Source: Eubacteriales bacterium (GTDB taxonomy: Bacteria > Bacillota > Clostridia > Oscillospirales > CAG-272). From it: DNA of 57,772 nucleotides. A program made the position numbers and the translations under genes. Of the stretch, positions 18,865 through 28,546 are shown piece after piece (the stretch's first letter is position 1; each line of letters opens with the position of its first letter). Below the pieces are notes generated by a model. That model was not told the origin of the DNA and ran no database searches. It saw nothing but the letters and a program-made list of their open reading frames with translations. Location of the stretch: positions 1 through 57,772 of the forward strand of contig JAZQXE010000086.1 in NCBI GenBank assembly GCA_045632705.1. Direction: 5' to 3'.

Positions 18865-18912
18865 ATCAAAACTTTTATTAAAAATTAAAACATACCCCCT
18901 GAGTAATCGTGC

Positions 18913-18946
18913 AAAAAGAGGAACCTTCTAAAAGGTTCCTCTTTTT
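18913..18946. terminator. Terminator downstream of the CotH gene pair
   Basis: Arms AAAAAGAGGAACCTT and AAGGTTCCTCTTTTT. Confidence 0.8.
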
Positions 18947-18958
18947 AAAATTCTTTCT

Positions 18959-21175
18959 TTAAGATTCCTTTACGATATACTCGTCGATCACAAACTCGGA
19001 GCACATATCCATAGGTTTAAATCTGATATAAAAAGATATATTTCTCGTTACCTTAAAGGTTTCTCCCGGTTTATATACGGTATTAGACCAGAGGGAAGTC
19101 GTCCAACCACAGTAAGCGTATCCCTCACGGATATAAGGATAATCGGGAACGGTTATTTCGCTTCCCTTTTTCACTATCATCACAGTGTCGCCGAATTTAA
19201 CGACACACTCGTCGTTTTCGGGATTGGGAAGGTCGGAAACTCTGATATAAACAGAAGAGATCGAACGTACCGTGCCCGCAGATCTATACGCGATGATATA
19301 GAAGACGTTGAGCGCTCCGTTGCTCATATCGAGTTTTGAAACGTCGACCTCGTAAATAGCCTCGGTGGATGAGGACATTGCCTTTTGTCCGAGTTTGGTG
19401 CTTCCGTTAAGGTACACGTCGACCTTGGCAACTGTGGAATGAGTGGTAGATATACGAAGACGTATCTTTCCCGTCGCGTTGCTATTCAACATATAGTCTG
19501 CGCAAACGCCGTACACCGTCTGTTTGTCTTTTTCAAGATCCACTCCGTCGTAGCTGACGGAGGTATATATCTTTTCGCTTCGCGTGTTTCCGCTCGCGTC
19601 TATATTAGCGTCTATCTTGGCAAAATTCGTATCAAGCCAATTCAGTCGTTTTTTCAGCCAATCCTTCATAAAGACGTAGTCCTCTGCAGGAGTAAAACTG
19701 TGACCGTTGTTAACGTTGGGGCGGTTGACCCTCAGATATCTGACACCGTCAAACTCGTATCCCCTCTGTGCTTCCTCTGCTATATAAGCGTAATAAATAT
19801 CGAACGTCTGCAAGAATACGTCGTTAAGCTCGCGAAGCTCATACCAGCGCTCCTGACAACGTGAAGTAAACCAGGGGTCCCCAAATATCTCGAGCCACCA
19901 AGCGTTGTTTCTGTCCTCAAGCCAGTAGTTAGGCTCAGCCCATTTCTCAGGCACCGTCATTACGCTTCCCATCGTCTGATCGAAGTCCCAACAGGGTCCC
20001 CAAACGATCTTGCCGTTTTCTATATAGAAGAACAGAGAGCGGTTGCTGAATTCGTTGTTCAAGAAGAAATTCCATACCAACCAATAATCGACCATAGAAT
20101 CAACGTCAACGTACTCGCTGTAATGCTTTCCCTTGTCGTTGTAGAAGGTCGGAGAAAACAGGGCGTCCTCAAAATCCTTTATCAGCGTCCTTACGTAATT
20201 GAGCATATATTCGTTGGTAAGCCGCGAGGGACTGTCTACCGATATCGGCACCTTGTGCTCCGTGTACCAGTTGACCGTCTCCGATCCCATAGCTCCCTGA
20301 CAAGACTCGATCAAATACCCCGAGGTAAGATCAAGGTCGTCAACGTCGTAATAGCCTGACAGGTCAACGCTGAGAGTTGACGACGAATATTTGAAGCTGA
20401 ACTTCTGAGTAGTGATCCAGGAGAGATTCTCCTCCATCTGAGTTGAAAGTGCGAGCGTCTTTTCCTGGCTGAATCCGTGGTCAGAGGCGTAATTCTCCGC
20501 CATATCCTCGGCAAAATCCTCCCAGCTGAATATCTCGAGTCTGTCTTCAGCTACTCTGATAGATTCTGCGAGGAGATACGCTCCGCGATACTGTCCGTTG
20601 TAATATACGTTTACCCACTGTGAATCAACGTGAGTCAGTCCCATCATAGCGGAATAATCGTACGCCGCCTTGTTTCTCTGATAGCTGGGGTCTCTCCAGC
20701 TGTTTATGAGCACCCAGTGTCTGCTCTCGCCCATTCCGAGAACGTCTGCCTTTTCATCCAGCTTTATCTTGTAGGAATATTTGAGCTTTTCCTTCATATC
20801 AGCGATATTGTAGCTCATATTTCCACGGCATCTGATGAGCGCGCTACCGCCGTCAGAGTCCGTGTAGTTGCTCGTATATACGGAGTATCTGTCGTTGTTT
20901 TCTATTCTGACGTTACACTGCGTGTAAACGGTCTTACTCGTTACCTGAAAATTGTTTTCGGTAGTTATATATACTGACGGTATTTCCTCGTCCTCGTAGC
21001 TTATCGAATCGGGATCCACGCTCTCCTCAGGATATACCTGTGCTTGCGAATCGTCAGTTACGGTACTCGTGTCCGTACTGTCTATGCCCGCGTTGTCCGT
21101 TATACTCTTGCAGGACGGCAAAAGACACGCCGCAACGAGCAATAGGCATATAGCAGAGCTTATCTTTCTTTTCAT
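18959..21175 (-). CDS. CotH-family (atypical kinase fold) lipoprotein with a C-terminal Listeria-Bacteroides-type repeat
   Basis: 738 aa. Signal/lipobox MKRKISSAICLLLVAACLLPSCKS. CotH-like core GMGESRHWVLINSWRDPSYQRNKAAYD...VYYNGQYRGAYLLAESI. C-terminal GYAYCGWTT...YKPGETF...FYIRFK. Confidence 0.75.
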   Translation of the reverse strand: MKRKISSAICLLLVAACLLPSCKSITDNAGIDSTDTSTVTDDSQAQVYPEESVDPDSISYEDEEIPSVYITTENNFQVTSKTVYTQCNVRIENNDRYSVYTSNYTDSDGGSALIRCRGNMSYNIADMKEKLKYSYKIKLDEKADVLGMGESRHWVLINSWRDPSYQRNKAAYDYSAMMGLTHVDSQWVNVYYNGQYRGAYLLAESIRVAEDRLEIFSWEDFAEDMAENYASDHGFSQEKTLALSTQMEENLSWITTQKFSFKYSSSTLSVDLSGYYDVDDLDLTSGYLIESCQGAMGSETVNWYTEHKVPISVDSPSRLTNEYMLNYVRTLIKDFEDALFSPTFYNDKGKHYSEYVDVDSMVDYWLVWNFFLNNEFSNRSLFFYIENGKIVWGPCWDFDQTMGSVMTVPEKWAEPNYWLEDRNNAWWLEIFGDPWFTSRCQERWYELRELNDVFLQTFDIYYAYIAEEAQRGYEFDGVRYLRVNRPNVNNGHSFTPAEDYVFMKDWLKKRLNWLDTNFAKIDANIDASGNTRSEKIYTSVSYDGVDLEKDKQTVYGVCADYMLNSNATGKIRLRISTTHSTVAKVDVYLNGSTKLGQKAMSSSTEAIYEVDVSKLDMSNGALNVFYIIAYRSAGTVRSISSVYIRVSDLPNPENDECVVKFGDTVMIVKKGSEITVPDYPYIREGYAYCGWTTSLWSNTVYKPGETFKVTRNISFYIRFKPMDMCSEFVIDEYIVKES

Positions 21176-21179
21176 ATAC

Positions 21180-23363
21180 TTACTCCTCTTTTAGTGATAT
21201 ATCCATCAGTGAAAAGATATCGGTTCGTTTCCATCTGATATAGAATGACATATTTTTGCTTGCCGTTATAGTGTCGCCGGGCGCGTAGAGCTTGTCGCCT
21301 CCGCTCGTCCAACCGCACTTAACGAATCCCGCTCTCTTTTCCGTAATATCGGGGAAAGTGATCTCCGTGCCCTTTTTGACTACTATCTTCTCGTCTCCGA
21401 ACTCAATGACACATTCGTCAGCGTCGGGCACGTCGAGAGAGGATACGCGGATGAGCACGGACGTGGTAAGGGGATTTGAATACGTGCAGAGATAAATTAC
21501 GTTAACTGCCCCCTCCGTCATATCGAGCTTTGCCGTATCAATATAGAAATGCACCGTCTCTTTACTGTTTACACGTTGCGTGCCGAGCACGGTCTTGCCG
21601 TTGAGATAAGTGCCGATAGAAACCGTCTCGTTGAACTTTGAGGTGACGCTGAGCTTTATCTTTCCGCTCGTATCGGGATGGATAACGTAGTCGGAAGCGG
21701 TACCGTAAACCGTCAGGGTATCGTTTTGCAGTCCTTTTCCCTCAAGCGACACGGAAACGGAAAATTTATCGCTACGGATATAGCCGCTTGAATCTACGTT
21801 AGCGTCTATTTTGGCAAAATTCTCGTCTATCCACTCCACTCTGTTCCTGAGCCACTTGCGTATAAGCTCGTAGTCCTCGGTCGGAGTGAGGCTGTGACCG
21901 TTGTTGGCGTTGGGTTGTCTTATCGTATAGTATCTGACGCCGTTGCGCTCGTAGCACTTCTCGGCTTCCGCTCCTATATAGTCAAAGTATACGTCTACCG
22001 ACGATATCAAATCATCCGTAAGCTCTCGCAGGTCGTACCAGCGTTCCTGGCAAAGAGAGGTGAACCACGGGTCTCCGAATATTTCCTTGAACCACGCGTT
22101 CTTTCTGTCGTGTACCCAATAGTCGCCCTTTGCGTCTGCCGTAGCGACGGTGGTTACGTTTCCGATAGTCTGGTCAAAATCCCAAATGGGACCGAATACT
22201 ATCTTTCCGTCCTCTATGTAATAGTAAAGCGAACGCGCACCGAACTCGTTGTTGCAGAACATATTCCACACCATCCAATAATCAACGAGTGAATCAACGT
22301 CCAGATAATCACTGTAATGCTTACCCTTGCTATTAAAGAAGGTGGGAGAGAACAGGGCGTCCTCAAAATCCTGTATGAGCGTCTTTACATACTCGTACAT
22401 CTTCTTGTTTGTGTGGAGCATATACGGCGAGTCAAGCACGACGGGGACGTCCTTGTCCGTGCGCCATTTTGAACCGTCCGTATCCATTCCCGAGCAATAT
22501 TCAATGAGGTATCCCGAGGTAAGATCAAGGTCGTCCACGTCGTAATAACGGCTAAAGTCAATTATCTTGCGCTTTCCGTCGAGCTTTACGCTCAGCTGCT
22601 GCGTCGTTATCCAGCCAAGGTCCTTCTTCATCGCTTGTTCAAGCTCGTAAGTAACCACGCTGTCAAGGCCGTAGTCGTCTGCATACGCGTCTGCAATATC
22701 TTCGGCAAAGTCCTCCCAGTTAAACGTCTCAACTCTGTCCTCTGCTATTCTGATACTCTCGGTCATAAGATAAAGACCGCGGTATTCACCGTTGTAGTAG
22801 ACCGTCACCCACTGCGAATCGGTATGAGCAAGTCCGAGTGCCGCCGCCATATCGTAGGCGAGCTTGTGTCTGAGATTGCTCGTATCTCGCCAGTTGTTTA
22901 TCAAATACCAATGTCTGCTCTCGCCCATTCCGAGAATATTTGCCTTTTCGCTGAGCTTGACCTTGTAGGAATATTTGTTTTTTGCTTTCATTTCGGGATT
23001 GTTATAGGTAGCGTTTCCGCGGCATCTTATCTCAGCCGCAGCACCGTCCTCATCCGAAAAGTCGTCACTAATATACGAGTAACGCTCACCGTATTCTATC
23101 CTGAACGTGCAGTCGGAGTATTTCTCCTTGCTCGTTACCTGAAAGTTATCCTTGGTGCTGATATAAACGGCAGGTATCTCCTCGTCGGGATATACGATAT
23201 CCTCGTAGGATATCTCCTCGTCAAACGACGTTTGCGCATCGGTATCAGGGGAGTCCGTTTGCGACGTATCCTCATTCAAAATAGCCGCATTGCCGCAAGA
23301 CAGCAAGGAAAAAGCCAGCGCCGCCGCAAGAAATCTCAATGCAATTTTTCTCATAATTCTCAT
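21180..23363 (-). CDS. CotH-family lipoprotein, tandem paralog
   Basis: Alignable over its full length to the downstream gene (GMGESRHWYLINNWRD, FGDPWFTSLCQERWYDLRELTD, GFVKCGWTS...FYIRWK). Start placed at ATG 23363 (GGAG 7 nt upstream), which gives the lipobox ...FSLLSCGNA. Confidence 0.75.
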   Translation of the reverse strand: MRIMRKIALRFLAAALAFSLLSCGNAAILNEDTSQTDSPDTDAQTSFDEEISYEDIVYPDEEIPAVYISTKDNFQVTSKEKYSDCTFRIEYGERYSYISDDFSDEDGAAAEIRCRGNATYNNPEMKAKNKYSYKVKLSEKANILGMGESRHWYLINNWRDTSNLRHKLAYDMAAALGLAHTDSQWVTVYYNGEYRGLYLMTESIRIAEDRVETFNWEDFAEDIADAYADDYGLDSVVTYELEQAMKKDLGWITTQQLSVKLDGKRKIIDFSRYYDVDDLDLTSGYLIEYCSGMDTDGSKWRTDKDVPVVLDSPYMLHTNKKMYEYVKTLIQDFEDALFSPTFFNSKGKHYSDYLDVDSLVDYWMVWNMFCNNEFGARSLYYYIEDGKIVFGPIWDFDQTIGNVTTVATADAKGDYWVHDRKNAWFKEIFGDPWFTSLCQERWYDLRELTDDLISSVDVYFDYIGAEAEKCYERNGVRYYTIRQPNANNGHSLTPTEDYELIRKWLRNRVEWIDENFAKIDANVDSSGYIRSDKFSVSVSLEGKGLQNDTLTVYGTASDYVIHPDTSGKIKLSVTSKFNETVSIGTYLNGKTVLGTQRVNSKETVHFYIDTAKLDMTEGAVNVIYLCTYSNPLTTSVLIRVSSLDVPDADECVIEFGDEKIVVKKGTEITFPDITEKRAGFVKCGWTSGGDKLYAPGDTITASKNMSFYIRWKRTDIFSLMDISLKEE

Positions 23364-23555
23364 AATGGAACTCCAAGCGATCAAGAAATATCAAAAACAA
23401 TATAAAAAAACGAAACCGGACGGCAAACCTCTTCCGAAAAAGTATTTTTTTCAGAAAAAATCTCCGTCCGGCTTTGCCGTATCTTTAAAAATTCAAATCA
23501 ATATGTCTGACAGAGCTCTTTTTCGTGGTGTATCTGAAAAGACCAAAGTTCTCTG

Positions 23556-25394
23556 TTATTCAACGGTAACCGACTTTGCGAGATTTCTCGGTTTGTCAAC
23601 GTCGCATCCTCGCTCGGTAGCAACGTAATAAGCAACGAGCTGCAATACCGTTGCCGCAGGAAGAATTGAAAATACCTCTTCCGTCTCGGGGATGACGAAG
23701 CTGTCCGCACATTCACCAAGAGCCCCGCGTGCTCCTTCTCTGCACACACCGTAAACTACGGCGCCTCTTGCCTTGACCTCTTTTATGTTTGAAAGCGTCT
23801 TTTCATAAAGAGAGCTGACGGTAGAAATTGCAATAACGGGTGTACCGTCGGTAATAAGGGATATCGTGCCGTGCTTGAGTTCTCCCGCTGCATAAGCCTC
23901 GGAATGAATGTAGGATATCTCCTTGAGCTTGAGCGATCCCTCCATTGCGAGAGCATAGTCGATACCTCTGCCGATAAAGAAGAGGTCTGTCGAGTCGATA
24001 TACGCAAGAGACGACTTTCTTATCTTTTCAGCCTCTGCTATGACCTCGGCTACTGCCGCAGGAATTCTATATAGAAGCTCGGAAGAAAGCTCTTTCGCTC
24101 TCTCTGCCGTAATATTGTTTCTCAAATTAGCCGCCGCAACACTAAGCAACGCCAAAAGTGCGACCTGAACGGTATAAGCCTTCGTGCTCGCTACCGCGAT
24201 CTCGGGACCTGCCCAGGTATAAAGAACGTTATCAGCCTCGCGTGCAATAGACGAGCCCATTACGTTTACGATAGCGAGGGTATGCGCGCCCTTTTCCTTT
24301 GACATTCTGAGAGCCGCTAGGGAGTCGGCGGTCTCACCCGACTGGGATATGATAACGACAAGGTCACCTGAATCTATGAGAGGATCGCTGTATCTGAATT
24401 CGCTTGCGATCTCAACGCTCGTGCTTATTCTGCAAAGTCCCTCAAAGAACATCTTTGCGGCAAGACCTGCGTGCATAGCGGTACCGCACGCAACGATGTG
24501 TATCCTCTTTATCTCTTTGAACATTTCAAGGTCAACGTTCTCAGCGTCAAAGCAAGGGAGTCCGTCCTTGATACGAGGTGATATCGTCTTCTTGATAGCC
24601 TCGGGCTCCTCGTTTATCTCTTTTATCATAAAGTGAGGGTAACCGCCGCGCTCTGCCGCCTCAACGTCCCAGTGCGCCGTATTTACCGCCTTCTTTATCT
24701 CTTTGTCTTCTGCGTCGTAGATAGTTATATTTTTCTTTTCAACTATCGCTATCTCACCCTCGGTGATCTGATAGTAATCTCTTGTATGGCGAAGGATAGC
24801 CGTAATATCAGAGGCAACGTAGTTTTCCGTTTTGCCCTTTCCGATTATGAGGGGGGAATCCTTTTTGGTTGCCCAGATGCGAGTGGGATCATCCGCAAAA
24901 AGAACCGCAAACGCGTACGCGCCCTTTATCTCGGACAGAGTCTTTCTGATCGCCTTTTTCTTGTCAAAGCCGCAAAGCTCGTAATTTTTGTCAAGGAGAA
25001 GTGCCGCAACCTCGGTGTCAGTCTCACTCTTGAAAACGCTGCCGCCCGCAACAAGCTCCTTTTTGAGCTCAACGTAATTTTCAATGATACCATTGTGGAC
25101 TATCATCAGTCTGTCGGTGCCGTGAGGGTGGGAATTCGTATCGGAGGGCGCTCCGTGCGTTGCCCATCTCGTATGGCCTATTCCACAATGTGAATTTGAT
25201 AGTTCAGGGTGTCCCGTAAGCTTTTCCTCAACGTTTTTGAGTCTTCCCTGTGCCTTTACCGTAACGAGTACTCCGTCCTCGGTAAAAGCAGAAACTCCCG
25301 CGCTGTCGTAGCCTCTGTATTCAAGGGCGTAAAGTCCCTCAACGAGTCTCTTGGTGGAAATATCGTCTCCAATATATCCTATAATTCCGCACAT
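23556..25394 (-). CDS. glmS: Glutamine--fructose-6-phosphate aminotransferase
   Basis: 612 aa. N-terminal MCGIIGYIG (Ntn Cys), two SIS domains, C-terminal ...AKSVTVE. Confidence 0.97.
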   Translation of the reverse strand: MCGIIGYIGDDISTKRLVEGLYALEYRGYDSAGVSAFTEDGVLVTVKAQGRLKNVEEKLTGHPELSNSHCGIGHTRWATHGAPSDTNSHPHGTDRLMIVHNGIIENYVELKKELVAGGSVFKSETDTEVAALLLDKNYELCGFDKKKAIRKTLSEIKGAYAFAVLFADDPTRIWATKKDSPLIIGKGKTENYVASDITAILRHTRDYYQITEGEIAIVEKKNITIYDAEDKEIKKAVNTAHWDVEAAERGGYPHFMIKEINEEPEAIKKTISPRIKDGLPCFDAENVDLEMFKEIKRIHIVACGTAMHAGLAAKMFFEGLCRISTSVEIASEFRYSDPLIDSGDLVVIISQSGETADSLAALRMSKEKGAHTLAIVNVMGSSIAREADNVLYTWAGPEIAVASTKAYTVQVALLALLSVAAANLRNNITAERAKELSSELLYRIPAAVAEVIAEAEKIRKSSLAYIDSTDLFFIGRGIDYALAMEGSLKLKEISYIHSEAYAAGELKHGTISLITDGTPVIAISTVSSLYEKTLSNIKEVKARGAVVYGVCREGARGALGECADSFVIPETEEVFSILPAATVLQLVAYYVATERGCDVDKPRNLAKSVTVE

Positions 25395-25404
25395 AATATA
25401 TCGC

Positions 25405-25590
25405 TTTATCTGCCTGACTGCGTAGCAGAAAGATCATCCTTTGTATTTTTTCCATCGGTCAGCTTTGTTTTGAGCTTACGCTCATATTTGGACTCACCGT
25501 ACGGCAAGGCTGTGCCGCGGAGGTATCCGCCGAAATTTCGATAAACCTCCGACCTCGTCAACCGCATACGCGGCCTGGCGCTATCCAACG
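25405..25590 (-). ncRNA. glmS ribozyme: glmS ribozyme (GlcN6P-dependent self-cleaving riboswitch)
   Basis: The minus strand reads A|GCGCCAGGCCGCGUAUGCGGUUGACGAGGUCGGAGGUUUAUCGAAAUUUCGGCGGAUACCUCC.... This matches the conserved AGCGCC cleavage site, the GACGAGG core and the GGAGG-UUAUCGAA-UUUCGGCGGAU-CCUCC core. The predicted cleavage is between 25582 and 25581. It lies directly 5' of glmS. Confidence 0.92.
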
Positions 25591-25603
25591 TGGGATTTAG
25601 CAG

Positions 25604-25651
25604 TCAAAAAATAAAGCAAGCGAACATATTAAAGATAACCATCGCTTGCTT
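25604..25651 (-). terminator. Intrinsic terminator of glmM, separating it from the glmS ribozyme
   Basis: The minus strand has AAGCAAGCGA...TCGCTTGCTT followed by UAUUUUUU. An additional hairpin GGGATATCCGC/GCGGATATCCC lies at 25657-25683. Confidence 0.7.
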
Positions 25652-25749
25652 AATATGGGATATCCGCAGGCGCGGATATCCCATTACCATTATATTAAAT
25701 TTTGTTTTAAAAGTCAAGTGTATAGAGAATTATTTACACTTTATGGAAA

Positions 25750-27105
25750 TCAATACGTACTAAGCAGAGACTCAAGCTCTCTTGCCGTATCCTTTACGAT
25801 CTCAAGAGTAGAATCGTAGTCCTTTCCCTCTGCCATGACTCTTATCAGAGGCTCGGTTCCGGAGGGACGTATGAGCAATCTTCCGCTCTCTCCTATCTTC
25901 TCGCTCGTATCCTTGATCAGCTTCTTTACCTTGTGGTCGGTATAGAAGGCTACCTTTGCCTCGTTGGTCACCTTGATGTTGACCATTGCCTGCGGATATC
26001 TGACCATTACGCTCTTAAGCTCGGAGAGCTTTTTGCCGGAGCGGCGCATGTGAGAGAGAAGCTGTATAGAGGTAAGCTGACCGTCTCCGGTCGTAGAATA
26101 GTCCTTGAATATGATATGTCCCGACTGCTCGCCTCCGAAGTTATAACCGTTTAGAAGCATACGCTCAAGAACGTATCTGTCGCCTACCTTGGTAGCCTCA
26201 AAATCGAGTCCGTTCTCTTCGCAGAATTTACCGAATCCGAAGTTGGTCATAACGGTACCGACTACCGTATTTTTTGCGAGCTTTCCTCTTTCCTGCATAT
26301 CTTTGGCGAGGATAGCCATTATCATATCTCCGTCGATAAAGTCACCCGTCTCGTCTATGCAAAGGAAGCGGTCGGCGTCTCCGTCGTAGGCGATACCTGC
26401 GTCAACTCCGTTTGCGAGAACGTAATCGCGCAGAGCCTCCATGTGCGTTGATCCGCATCCCTCGTTTATGTTATATCCATCGGGAGAATCAAAGAGGATA
26501 TGAGCCTCAGCCCCCAGAGCATCAAAGAGCTTTGCAGCGCTGACACTTGCTGAGCCGTTTGCGCAGTCAACTGCTATCTTGAGTCCCTCAAGAGAGTGGG
26601 AGGTCGTTGAGCAAAGGTGCGTGACGTAGTCGTCTACGGCGTGATCTGCGTAGCTGAGCTTGCCTATTTCCTTGGCGTTTGCCACGTCTACCTTCGAGTC
26701 CTTGTCAAGAACGAGAGACTCTATCTTTTCCTCGAGAGTATCGGGGAGCTTGTATCCCTCCTCGGAGAATATCTTTATACCGTTGTATTCGCTCGGATTG
26801 TGAGACGCGCTGATCATAATTCCCGCATTCGCCTTGTATTTTCCGACAAGGTATGCAACGGCGGGAGTCGGAACGACTCCGAGATGTATAACGTCAGCGC
26901 CGACGGAACAAAGTCCCGCCTCGAGCGCACACGCAAGCATATTGGAGGAAAGACGCGTATCCATTCCTACTACGACCACGGGATGAGAGCGTCTGCCGCT
27001 TGAAAGCACGCTTGCCATAGCGCGTCCTATCTGCATTGCACGCTCGCAGGTCAAAAATTCGTTTGCTATTCCTCTGACTCCGTCAGTACCAAAAAGTCTG
27101 CCCAT
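25750..27105 (-). CDS. glmM: Phosphoglucosamine mutase
   Basis: 451 aa. MGRLFGTDGVRG, active-site SASHNPSEYNGIK, GDGDADR. Confidence 0.95.
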   Translation of the reverse strand: MGRLFGTDGVRGIANEFLTCERAMQIGRAMASVLSSGRRSHPVVVVGMDTRLSSNMLACALEAGLCSVGADVIHLGVVPTPAVAYLVGKYKANAGIMISASHNPSEYNGIKIFSEEGYKLPDTLEEKIESLVLDKDSKVDVANAKEIGKLSYADHAVDDYVTHLCSTTSHSLEGLKIAVDCANGSASVSAAKLFDALGAEAHILFDSPDGYNINEGCGSTHMEALRDYVLANGVDAGIAYDGDADRFLCIDETGDFIDGDMIMAILAKDMQERGKLAKNTVVGTVMTNFGFGKFCEENGLDFEATKVGDRYVLERMLLNGYNFGGEQSGHIIFKDYSTTGDGQLTSIQLLSHMRRSGKKLSELKSVMVRYPQAMVNIKVTNEAKVAFYTDHKVKKLIKDTSEKIGESGRLLIRPSGTEPLIRVMAEGKDYDSTLEIVKDTARELESLLSTY

Positions 27106-27174
27106 AATTCACCTCACGGTTATTTTTATATAAACGCTGCAATACAGGGACGAGATCGCCCCTGTATCGATATT

Positions 27175-27837
27175 TTATCTCTTTTTTACTATTTCGTCAC
27201 CCTTGTGGATAGAATCACAGTCAACGTATCCGCGCACTCTGACAAGCGGATATATCGTTGTGTTCTTTCCGATCACGGAACCCGGACACAACACGGCGTT
27301 GCATCCTACCTCGACGCCGTCACCGAGTATTGCACCGAATTTGCGAAGAGAAGTTTCAACTCTCTCGCCATCGCAAAGCACGGTAACGTTCGTCTTATCA
27401 CTCTTTACGTTAGAGGTAACGGAGCCTGCACCCATGTGCGAGCGGTGACCGAGTATCGAGTCGCCAACGTAGTTGTAGTGCGGCACCTGAACGTTGTCAA
27501 AAAGGATCGCGTTCTTGAGCTCACACGAATTGCCGACCACGCTGCCGCGTCCGACGATAACGCTGCCCCTGATAAATGCACAGTGTCGAACCTCGGCATC
27601 CTCACAAATGATGGTGGGGGCGTCAATGTATGCGCTCGGGAATACCTTTGCGCTCTTGGCGATCCACACGCCGTCCTTTACGCACTCGTATACGTTCGGA
27701 TCAAGCGTCTGTCCGAGAGCGTAAACGAACTCCTTTATTTTGCCGAGCGCCTCCCAGGGATATTTAGTATCCTTGAGAAGGTCAGAAGCTATCGTTTTTG
27801 AAAGATCGAACAGCTGTTCGGTCGTTGCTATATTCAT
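27175..27837 (-). CDS. Stand-alone left-handed beta-helix (hexapeptide-repeat) acyltransferase, GlmU C-terminal-domain-like
   Basis: 220 aa with hexapeptide periodicity (IRGSVIVGRGSVVGNSCELKNAILFDNVQVPHYNYVGDSILG...). No nucleotidyltransferase domain. It is adjacent to glmM. Confidence 0.7.
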   Translation of the reverse strand: MNIATTEQLFDLSKTIASDLLKDTKYPWEALGKIKEFVYALGQTLDPNVYECVKDGVWIAKSAKVFPSAYIDAPTIICEDAEVRHCAFIRGSVIVGRGSVVGNSCELKNAILFDNVQVPHYNYVGDSILGHRSHMGAGSVTSNVKSDKTNVTVLCDGERVETSLRKFGAILGDGVEVGCNAVLCPGSVIGKNTTIYPLVRVRGYVDCDSIHKGDEIVKKR

Positions 27838-27928
27838 AATAATACCTTTGATACCTTTCCCAAACCGCCGTCCGCAGACCTCGGTTTTACGTATATCATT
27901 GTTATTTTACCACTAATTTATACGAATG

Positions 27929-28546
27929 TCAACTTTTATGATGCTTTTCAGTCTTTTTTGAGTACTTCTTTTTTGTGCCGTTCTTTTTCTTCTTCACGGC
28001 GGAAAAACCAAACTTGCCTATCTTTTTCCCAAGCTCAAAATATTCACCGTGCGCGTAAGCGGCAAGTCCCGCGCGTCCGATATCAAGCCTGTCGTTTGAG
28101 TCAAAGAGCGACTCGTCTACTCTGACGCCCACGATATCGGCGTAAAAAACGTCGTGAGTGCCCATCGGCTCGATCGCGCTGACCTTACATTCAATAGAAA
28201 CGGGCGCCTCTCCGATAGAAACGCATCCGACGTTTTCACTCGGCTCCGCGCTGAGTCGGCACTCCTTGAACTTATCCTTTTTAGCTCCCGTGTACATACC
28301 GCAAAAATCCGCCGCCCAAACAAGCTCCGAGGAGGTGAGGTTGATGACGAATTCCCCGGTCTCCTTGATTATTTTATACGAGTGTCTTGACGGGCGAAGC
28401 GAAATATACGTCCGCGGAGGTATGGTATTGAGTATCCCCGTCCATCCGACCGTAACTATGTTTTTGCCTTCGCCGCTTCCGCAGGAAACCATAACGGGAG
28501 GTACGGGCGCGAGCAGAGCTCCGGGCTTCAGTGAGCGTTTAGCCAT
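27929..28546 (-). CDS. Flavin reductase-like (FMN-binding split-barrel) protein with a Lys-rich C-terminal tail
   Basis: Start placed at ATG 28546 (GGAGA upstream). LLAPVPPVMVSCG...NIVTVGWTG is typical of flavin reductase family proteins. Confidence 0.7.
   Translation of the reverse strand: MAKRSLKPGALLAPVPPVMVSCGSGEGKNIVTVGWTGILNTIPPRTYISLRPSRHSYKIIKETGEFVINLTSSELVWAADFCGMYTGAKKDKFKECRLSAEPSENVGCVSIGEAPVSIECKVSAIEPMGTHDVFYADIVGVRVDESLFDSNDRLDIGRAGLAAYAHGEYFELGKKIGKFGFSAVKKKKNGTKKKYSKKTEKHHKS

Noticed and set aside
23385-23555. ORFs 23290-23628 (+) and 23498-23749 (-) in or around the cotH-glmS gap.
   Set aside because: They overlap the glmS 3' end or the cotH 5' end. The gap itself holds a long-loop hairpin (CCGGACGG...CCGTCCGG) with a minus-strand U-tract, which is best read as the glmS terminator.
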